Assembly: GCA_048939765.1 (NCBI GenBank)
Contig: JBHLPF010000061.1
Coordinates: 1-13,245, forward strand
Direction of reading: 5' to 3'
Source: Promethearchaeota archaeon
Lineage (GTDB): Archaea; Asgardarchaeota; Thorarchaeia; Thorarchaeales; Thorarchaeaceae
DNA: 13,245 nucleotides
The number at the start of each line of letters is the position of its first letter. Within the stretch, counting starts at the first letter, position 1. This document shows positions 8,101-13,245 of the stretch, piece by piece. A model generated the notes under the pieces. The model had not been told where the DNA came from. It searched no databases and saw only the letters and a list, made by a program, of their open reading frames with translations. A program made the position numbers and the translations under genes.

Positions 8101-8676
8101 ACCCAGTGCATCACCGAACGTGATGCGATTCATCTCCATGAGTGCGGCACTGGGATATTGGCCCAAGATTGGACCAAACTGCATGAGACTTGACTCATTG
8201 TAGATATGTAGGCCAAGTCCTGGGGCCGACGCATTTCCGAAATCAAGAAGTACTACAACACCTCCATTGTTCACAAAATCTGTGAGTGTCGAAGCCCATG
8301 CTTGGCCAACAGTCTTCATCTTGGCAATGTCTGCATTTTCTTGCTCAGGGATAAGGAGCACATCATTACCTGGTAGCTCTGTATCGAGGAGAGTGTAGTT
8401 GATGAGGTTTGAATATGCATAATTGGTGCCGTAAGTATTGTTGATTGCCATCATAGTGTTCTCAAGTTCTTCGCCAGGATTCTGGTCAGCAAACTCAGTA
8501 TAGACAAGAATCGAAAGCGGGTCTAGTGACAACCCACCGGCAGTCATTGGAGTTTCTATTGGGAGCGACTGAATAGTGTCCATAGTCCCATTAATCACGA
8601 ATAATGGACTGGCTACAAATATAGGACTAGCTAGAATCAGCAGAAAGAGAAGGGGAAGGGATTTCTTGAACTTCAT
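5128..8676 (-). CDS. Large type I membrane-anchored surface glycoprotein: signal peptide, two class I GATase-like (DUF4350/GIFT-like) domains, 3x(Ig-like + fibronectin type III), Pro/Thr linker, TM helix, basic tail
   Basis: Signal MKFKKSLPLLFLLILA (ATG 8676; alternative GTG 8685). GATase-like motifs DVLLIPEQE...FVNNGGVVVLL...GRGHVVFLG and VVFDAS...DVVICPPP...EIAILDAYVADGGSIFI...GAGRVSVVLD...NTICWL. FN3 motif W....D.....DHY.L.......F...YYFRV.A.D occurs three times. Then PPPTTTSTPPTTTPTTT, a TM helix ILSLVLLVFSGGFVIIIVMV and the tail RQRSSKKYQW. More than 25 N-X-S/T sequons. Confidence 0.92.
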   Translation of the reverse strand: MKFKKSLPLLFLLILASPIFVASPLFVINGTMDTIQSLPIETPMTAGGLSLDPLSILVYTEFADQNPGEELENTMMAINNTYGTNYAYSNLINYTLLDTELPGNDVLLIPEQENADIAKMKTVGQAWASTLTDFVNNGGVVVLLDFGNASAPGLGLHIYNESSLMQFGPILGQYPSAALMEMNRITFGDALGRQVKYRWVPRNHTFAVATTDGVNAFADYDTDSPVCVHKTMGRGHVVFLGFDLSDPGPYYEQIVGNAIRLPNHVVFDASQNTAYTWTNERPDDYYDEEHPAIAFVEDLVDAGFAVSRMDTMDAALLNASDVVICPPPQQYVYEYEPAEIAILDAYVADGGSIFIQSDSSTDGDYLRALANNFGYDWHRDTLLDTDDIMRYWVESEIAYTGDNILSHSITRNVSRVEFYASDGFKTLPANVERIIVTDTDRTACWGEGGWFDNWLGADNITLMAVSEYGAGRVSVVLDGGFMDYVTRSLVPSYADNDIDGETNYFDSDNDVLLLNTICWLAGIGATNDAPLLSDLTHTPSSPTHGDPVTVYVNATDTDGLANITCHYRDNLGIWQNVSMTPEGGDRYSAAIGNFNASEEKDYYVRAFDISTDMMESVSEVVYLNGFNYFPDTPSLYDPGTTDNDGVFLLNWSASVDADGYIDHYEIHVSTSSQFLDTYAMITAYTDDYLMTMFENDTYYFRVRAVDNKGTVGFWCFQQWINVVIIQGPIASTPVLSPSEPKHGDSVTLSVDVTDQDGVKNVTCYYSVNAGPWQNVNMTNQLGDTYNCSLGTYFVDDVVQYYIKAFDNSTSYNPTTTSTYSFEILNQPPAEPVLYDPGTTITVSNLLVNWTEGYDLEGGIDHYELQMSSSIDFSVILDQWSAFTTDHLVTGLSDGTYYFRVMTVDDRGAGSPWSNNESIFVDMSGPSISGFMHSPVNPLHGEALTVNANITDPSNIKNVTCFYRVNAGLWLNESMTIVTGDMYSCDLGAFFVDDVVEYYIETFDNTTAYNMANTTIQMFEITNQPPSDPTLANPGSVSYVSHVYVTWTPSSDLEGEIDHYHLQISRFDDFSIVLAEWNETTTNFNITGLSSGVYFIRVRAFDYHNVSSQWSNVESIEVILLAPPPTTTSTPPTTTPTTTVPPNPFDTDILSLVLLVFSGGFVIIIVMVTANYLRQRSSKKYQW
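5325..7101 (-). repeat. Three tandem ~590-600 bp Ig+FN3 coding units
   Basis: Units start near 7101 (TNDAPLL), 6501 (QGPIAST) and 5910 (SGPSISG); FN3 halves start near 6801, 6204 and 5613. Shared motifs include P.HG..vTV....TD, N.TC.Y, W.N..MT and YY..AFD. Confidence 0.85.
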
Positions 8677-8850
8677 TGGAGTCACCGCGCGGCATTAAAA
8701 GAATCACAGGTTTCAGATTGTCAATAACTGTAGGAATTCGTTTTGAGGGCATAAAAGTCAATGTCGTGCGCTTTTAGTAGGAATTAACTATCAGAAAACA
8801 GGGCCAGCCTTGCTCATTCGTGTGCGTCTACCCAGAAGGACATATCGGGC

Positions 8851-9075
8851 TTAGGTGAATCCAGAGAGAACAGTTCCAAGCCGCTCCTTGAAGCCCTCAT
8901 TATCTTCTTGAAGTCGCTTCCTAATCATCTTCCAAGTGGCGGCACAGTTCTTGTATTCGACACTCAAGTAGTCGTGAAGAACCTCATTGATATCATCTCT
9001 GTTCTCTTTTGTCACTGTGATTCCAAGTTCGTCAAACAACTCCTTCATTCTGGAGTTCCTGAAATAGCAGGTCAT
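8851..9075 (-). CDS. Small conserved-looking hypothetical protein (74 aa, MTCYFR...YKNC..TWK)
   Basis: ATG 9075 with AAGTGA upstream; amphipathic helical sequence with two Cys. It resembles a small uncharacterised family recalled from archaea and anaerobes (not verified). Confidence 0.75.
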   Translation of the reverse strand: MTCYFRNSRMKELFDELGITVTKENRDDINEVLHDYLSVEYKNCAATWKMIRKRLQEDNEGFKERLGTVLSGFT

Positions 9076-9228
9076 GCACATCACTTGACTTCAGCAGATT
9101 CATACCGGCTTGATAAGTCTGATTGCATCAGATATTGCAGACAAATCGCATGGCATAGATTATGGAGAAGCAACAACTGCTTTGCCACTTGACAAGTAAT
9201 ATATCTCAAGCATCACCAGTCATGGCAA

Positions 9229-10065
9229 ATGATTGATGGATTGGCGGCTGACATCGATAATGCATCAGTGGAAGAATTCCAGAAAAGAGTGATGACTTGG
9301 TGGAGGGAGAATGCACGAACCCTCCCGTGGAGAGAGAACCCTTCCCCCTACAATGTACTGGTCTCAGAGGTCATGCTCCAGCAGACACAGGTCAATCGCG
9401 TGGTTCCGAAATATCTCGAGTTCCTTGAAGCATTCCCCAACATTGAGAGCCTTGCTGAAGCTGAAATCAAACGATTGTTGCAGGTATGGAGCGGACTTGG
9501 CTACAATCGGAGGGCTATATGGCTGAGAGAAGCTGCAAGAGAGATTGTGAACAGGGGATCTTTCCCTAAGACTGCCGAGGGATTGTGTGCGCTCAAGGGC
9601 ATAGGACCCTATACATCACGTTCGATTCTGATTTTTGCCTTTAATGAAGATTTAGCCGCCATTGATACCAACATCCGCAGAGTGCTGATCGCCAGTGGTT
9701 TTGCGACTGAAGAGATGTCTGAAAGTCAACTGCAGACAGTTGCGAATCGGTTGCTGCTCGAGGGTCGTTCCAGTGATTGGCACAATGCCCTTATGGACTA
9801 TGGGTCGGAGGTCCTGACCTCAAATGCAACTGGTATAGCTCCATCGTCTAGCCAGCCCAGGTTCGCAGGATCCAATCGCCAAGTGCGCGGTGCGATTGTC
9901 CGACATCTTACCTGTGCCAACTCTCTCAGTCTTCAAGAGATCCTAGAGGCGCTAAACCAAGAGGGCATTGACATCTGTTCTCCCGAGAAGACCCTTGAGC
10001 AACTTATCGATGAAGGATTCATAGAACGAACAGCTAATGGCAACTTCAGGATATCTGAATGCTAG
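9229..10065 (+). CDS. mutY: A/G-specific adenine DNA glycosylase (HhH-GPD), short form without Fe-S cluster cysteines
   Basis: RTLPWRE, PYNVLVSEVMLQQTQV (catalytic Glu), WSGLGYNRRA, HhH LKGIGPYT, IDTNIRRV (catalytic Asp) and NALMDYG. TATA-like TAATATAT about 26 nt before the ATG suggests a leaderless transcript. Confidence 0.92.
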   Translation: MIDGLAADIDNASVEEFQKRVMTWWRENARTLPWRENPSPYNVLVSEVMLQQTQVNRVVPKYLEFLEAFPNIESLAEAEIKRLLQVWSGLGYNRRAIWLREAAREIVNRGSFPKTAEGLCALKGIGPYTSRSILIFAFNEDLAAIDTNIRRVLIASGFATEEMSESQLQTVANRLLLEGRSSDWHNALMDYGSEVLTSNATGIAPSSSQPRFAGSNRQVRGAIVRHLTCANSLSLQEILEALNQEGIDICSPEKTLEQLIDEGFIERTANGNFRISEC

Positions 10066-10118
10066 CTCAATCTTGGCAGATTCCTCTCTAGAACTGAAAG
10101 GACTACGCTTATGAATAG

Positions 10119-10157
10119 CTTAATATACTCAAGTAAAGTAGATTATACTTGAGTAAA
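10119..10157 (+). promoter_or_regulatory. TATA box overlapped by two tandem palindromic operators (probable TetR sites)
   Basis: TATACTCAAGTAAA (10124-10137) and TATACTTGAGTAAA (10144-10157). Each has a TACT-N2-AGTA core, the period is 20 bp, and the two 10-mers are exact reverse complements. CTTAATA lies at 10119-10125. Confidence 0.8.
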
Positions 10158-10162
10158 ATCTG

Positions 10163-10861
10163 GTGGTTCACGTGAGTCGACAAGACAGGATCGATAGCAC
10201 CAAGCAAAAGAGATTGGAACGCGAACGAGTGTTGCGACGAAGAGCAATAATCGATGTTGCCGAGGATTTCTTCATCCGCGAGGGATATGAAAGCACAATG
10301 GTGGACAAGATTGCACTTGAGGCAGGGTACACCAAAGCTACAATCTACAACTACTTCGACTCTAAAGATGATCTCTACATGGCAGTAGCATCGAGAGCCT
10401 TTGAACACATGCACAGAATCATGGAAGAGACTCTCTCACATCCTGACACAGCATATGAACTGCGCGCCCTCGGAGATGCCTATCTTGCCTTTGTAGACCA
10501 GTATCCAGAACATGCAGAGATGATGGACTCAGGTCAACTGAGTATTGCATTCAACGGAATCGTCAGGAAAGAGAAGGCAAAGCAGCCCTTGACAGAAAGT
10601 GAAACTGAGCTTCGGCAGCATCAGCTGACCATCGAGAAGCTCATGACTGATGTGGTGACACAGACCATGGAAAATTCTGGAGTCCAAAGAAAGGCTGATC
10701 CTTTTGCCGTAGTCTATGCCCTGAGTACCTTGGGGCTTGCAATCAGAGAGCTTGTGATGCGTGGAAAGACAGGTGACCTACCAGAGGAGCAGACCAGAGA
10801 GTATCTCTCGGTCTTATTCAACATAATCGACCAAGGATTGAAACATTACGATGCAGAGTAA
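10163..10861 (+). CDS. TetR/AcrR family transcriptional regulator
   Basis: RRRAIIDVAEDFFIREGYESTMVDKIALEAGYTKATIYNYFDSKDDL is a canonical TetR N-terminal HTH. The start may be GTG 10163 or GTG 10172. Confidence 0.96.
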   Translation: MVHVSRQDRIDSTKQKRLERERVLRRRAIIDVAEDFFIREGYESTMVDKIALEAGYTKATIYNYFDSKDDLYMAVASRAFEHMHRIMEETLSHPDTAYELRALGDAYLAFVDQYPEHAEMMDSGQLSIAFNGIVRKEKAKQPLTESETELRQHQLTIEKLMTDVVTQTMENSGVQRKADPFAVVYALSTLGLAIRELVMRGKTGDLPEEQTREYLSVLFNIIDQGLKHYDAE

Positions 10862-11315
10862 ATTACAGGAATTAGAAGTAATCAACGATCAGAAAAGCGC
10901 CACCACATCCAAAGTCGTGGGATTCGCAAGGATTATCGGAATGGCCCTGATTTGGGCGTTCATTATTGCTGCCATTGTGGGAAGTGCAGCTGCCGCTCTT
11001 TGGACAGTGATACCTACCGAGATGCTTGAATGGGGGGCAAGCAGTCCTAACCTTCTGGGATATGTGTCTCATTGTTCCTTTGTTCCCATCAGCACAGGGA
11101 TTCTTTCTGTGGTTTCATTGTTAGGGATTCTGATAGCTTGGAAATTGAAAAGCGGTAGGGAAATTGCCAGTGGTGTCTTCATAGGTACTGCAGGAGGACT
11201 CCTTGTAGGGATGCTTGGAGGAATTGACATAACCATGTTCATGGGTATGGGAGCGGGCGTGGGAGTTGGTGTAGTCCTAGGCATTCTCATTGGACTTTTC
11301 AGGAGGCCTGTGTAA
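10851..11315 (+). CDS. Integral membrane protein (~4 TM) with a PNLLGYVSHCSF loop and Gly-zipper helices
   Basis: Four hydrophobic segments and GxxxG repeats (GMGAGVGVGVVLGILIG). It overlaps tetR by 11 nt and the flavodoxin gene by TAATG. Confidence 0.85.
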   Translation: MQSKLQELEVINDQKSATTSKVVGFARIIGMALIWAFIIAAIVGSAAAALWTVIPTEMLEWGASSPNLLGYVSHCSFVPISTGILSVVSLLGILIAWKLKSGREIASGVFIGTAGGLLVGMLGGIDITMFMGMGAGVGVGVVLGILIGLFRRPV

Positions 11316-11821
11316 TGAAGAAAGCGCTTGTACTGTACCACTCTCTCTATGGAAATACGAGAGCAGTTGCCATGAGTCTTGCCGCCGGCATCAGAGAAGT
11401 CGGTGTTGAGACGGACTGTCTGGGTATTGATGAAGTCGACATGGAACAGATTCCGAGCTACGGCCTCATTGCCATTGGTGGTCCAACACATATCCTCCGT
11501 CCTTCCAAGGACATGAAGGAATTTCTTCAGAAGCTCAAGGCATTAGACCTGAGAGGAAGAGCAGGATTTGCCTTTGACACAAGGAATCATTCTCGAATGA
11601 ATAGTAGAAGTCTGCTCATGCTGGAGAATAGTGCCGCAAGAAGCATTGAATCCTCGATGAAGAGATGCAAAATCAGAATGATAATGCCTCGTGAATCTGC
11701 CATTGTTGAGGGACGTGAAGGGCCCTTGGATATAGGCGTCGAGGAAAGATTCTTCGAGATTGGGAAGGAGTTGGGCAGGTTTCTTGCACCCCAAATCGCT
11801 CCCAAAAGCGTCAATGATTGA
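11315..11821 (+). CDS. Flavodoxin-family protein
   Basis: FMN phosphate loop YHSLYGNT, IAIGGPTH and AFDTR...SAA; translationally coupled start (TAATG). Confidence 0.93.
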   Translation: MKKALVLYHSLYGNTRAVAMSLAAGIREVGVETDCLGIDEVDMEQIPSYGLIAIGGPTHILRPSKDMKEFLQKLKALDLRGRAGFAFDTRNHSRMNSRSLLMLENSAARSIESSMKRCKIRMIMPRESAIVEGREGPLDIGVEERFFEIGKELGRFLAPQIAPKSVND

Positions 11822-11859
11822 TACAAAACCTATATCGACCCATGGTAGGAGGGGACTCA

Positions 11860-12495
11860 ATGACTCCAGAGAGAAATCCAGAATTCTTCGATCGATGGGC
11901 TGCCGACTACGACTGGTTTGTTGAAGGCTGGGCAAACAGCTTTCCATTTGAAGGATACGACAGGATTTTGGACAGGATTGTCGAGCTTGCAGATCCGCTA
12001 CCTGGCATGAAGATTCTGGATATGGGAATAGGGACGGGAAACCTTGCAGAACGATTCATCGATACGGGCTGTGAGGTATGGGGCATCGACTTCTCCGGAA
12101 AGATGCTTGAAGAGGCAAAGAAGAAGATGCCTTCGGCCCACCTAATGCAGGTCGACATCCTCGCGGACTGGCCCTCTGAACTTAAGACCGGATTTGACAG
12201 GATAGTCTCAGCCTACGTCTTCCATCATTTCATTCTGGAGACGAAACTCATGGTCATTGAAAGAATTCTGAATGAGCTGCTTCGAGATAGTGGGAGAATA
12301 ATAATCGGTGACACGTCATATCCATCTTTTGCCGCCAGAGCAAATGCTCGCAAAGAAATGATAGACGTGTGGGATGACACGGAATTCTATTGGGCTGCCG
12401 ACGAGATCAAGCTCATGTCAGCGGGGAAGAGCGCATCCATTGTCTACGAGCAGATCTCCTCATGCGGCGGTGTATATCTTATCGTACCTTCATAG
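11860..12495 (+). CDS. Class I SAM-dependent methyltransferase
   Basis: FDRWAADYD, motif I ILDMGIGTGNL, GIDFSGKML and FDRIVSAYVFHHF. ATG 11860 follows an AGGAGGGG RBS and is preferred over the track start at 11818. Confidence 0.94.
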   Translation: MTPERNPEFFDRWAADYDWFVEGWANSFPFEGYDRILDRIVELADPLPGMKILDMGIGTGNLAERFIDTGCEVWGIDFSGKMLEEAKKKMPSAHLMQVDILADWPSELKTGFDRIVSAYVFHHFILETKLMVIERILNELLRDSGRIIIGDTSYPSFAARANARKEMIDVWDDTEFYWAADEIKLMSAGKSASIVYEQISSCGGVYLIVPS

Positions 12496-12576
12496 ATAGT
12501 ATCAAACCAGAAGGCAGGATTACATACTCAGACAGGTTTCAGTTCTAGTTCCACTGCTCTTCAGGAATAGGCAAGA

Positions 12577-12641
12577 TTTATATGCAAATGTGTATTACGT
12601 AATATGTAATTATTATACGCAATACGCAAACAACAAGGTGA
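12577..12641 (+). promoter_or_regulatory. TATA box, palindromic/repeated operator-like array and RBS
   Basis: TTTATA at 12577-12582; perfect palindrome TATTACGTAATA at 12593-12604; ATACGC repeated at 12615-12627; AAGGTGA at 12635-12641, 6 nt before TTG. Confidence 0.6.
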
Positions 12642-12647
12642 TGATGA

Positions 12648-13175
12648 TTGAGCGGGAATGAAGGTATTCGCACCATCGCTGATGAGATTCTGAGAGGGTC
12701 AGTGCTTAGTATTGCAGAACCTATAATCCACCCAGGACTAGCAATCGTTCCAATCATTAGGAGCAATGGGCACGACAAAGATATTGCGCGGGCAACCAGA
12801 TCCACCCGCAAAGCCATCATAATGGGCCTTCCTCAACACTCATGCGGGGCAATCATCCTCAACTCCGAAGGAGAAGTAGTCGCATTCAAACTCCATCGTG
12901 GTATCAGAGCATTCTGGGCCCGACTTGGATTCATTCAGAAGCTAGTTGTAGAGCTCTACAAAAAGGAGAGCAAGCCGATTGGCAAAGCAACTGCTCTGGC
13001 AAAAGCAGTCGTCTTCCTAGCGCGATTGAGAGATGCAGGCCCTGAAGGGATTATGAACAACTCAAGATTTGACTACTTTGCTATCGGGTTCACAGACATG
13101 CCCACGCAACAGGAGGCATTCTCAAACTCCTTGGGGTCCACAGCCCACATTCTATACAGTGCTGTAGCTGGATAG
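12648..13175 (+). CDS. Hypothetical protein (175 aa), possibly an internally shortened ARPP-1/DUF6569-like protein
   Basis: TTG start with a good RBS. LSIAEPIIHPGLAIVPI and CGAIILNSEGEVVAF...FW resemble the N- and C-terminal parts of ARPP-1 (recalled pattern, not verified). Confidence 0.65.
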   Translation: MSGNEGIRTIADEILRGSVLSIAEPIIHPGLAIVPIIRSNGHDKDIARATRSTRKAIIMGLPQHSCGAIILNSEGEVVAFKLHRGIRAFWARLGFIQKLVVELYKKESKPIGKATALAKAVVFLARLRDAGPEGIMNNSRFDYFAIGFTDMPTQQEAFSNSLGSTAHILYSAVAG

Positions 13176-13245
13176 GCAGGAATAGGATTTGTTATTGTCG
13201 TCATCATGAACTTCATCATGACATGATAATTGATCCTGATTTGGG

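Noticed and set aside
2841-13045. Remaining short overlapping ORFs in the track (e.g. 3124..3444, 4745..5023, 8908..9192, 11069..11491, 11543..11947, 12842..13045)
   Set aside because: They overlap well-supported genes on the opposite strand or in another frame and have no motifs or RBS support.
1-13245. CRISPR array, transposase/integrase, rRNA/tRNA or defence-system genes
   Set aside because: No regularly spaced repeats, catalytic motifs or RNA-gene signatures were seen by eye.

Overview
This looks like archaeal chromosomal DNA: TATA-like boxes, GGAGG/GAGGTGA ribosome-binding sites and apparently leaderless genes. The gene repertoire suggests an Asgard archaeon such as Thorarchaeia, but that is inference only. 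Two large cell-surface protein genes are present. One is a LamG plus tandem cadherin-like/Big_9 repeat adhesin running off the left edge and missing from the ORF track. The other is a ~1180-aa membrane-anchored protein with two GATase-like/GIFT-like domains and three Ig-FN3 pairs. The housekeeping and accessory genes are YjbQ, an NfsA-type nitroreductase divergent from a winged-helix regulator, a MutY lacking the 4Fe-4S cysteines, a TetR-membrane protein-flavodoxin operon with a clear double operator, a class I SAM methyltransferase and several hypotheticals. The least explained stretch is 2290-2810. It holds an M28-peptidase-like remnant, an AT-rich block of nested inverted repeats, and an unannotated 17-codon Lys/Pro-rich ORF with a strong RBS followed by a perfect hairpin that has an alternative pairing partner. 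A palindromic CGTAATATG motif lies just downstream of the TATA box of two unrelated hypothetical genes about 10.6 kb apart. No rRNA, tRNA, CRISPR array, transposase or integrase was seen.
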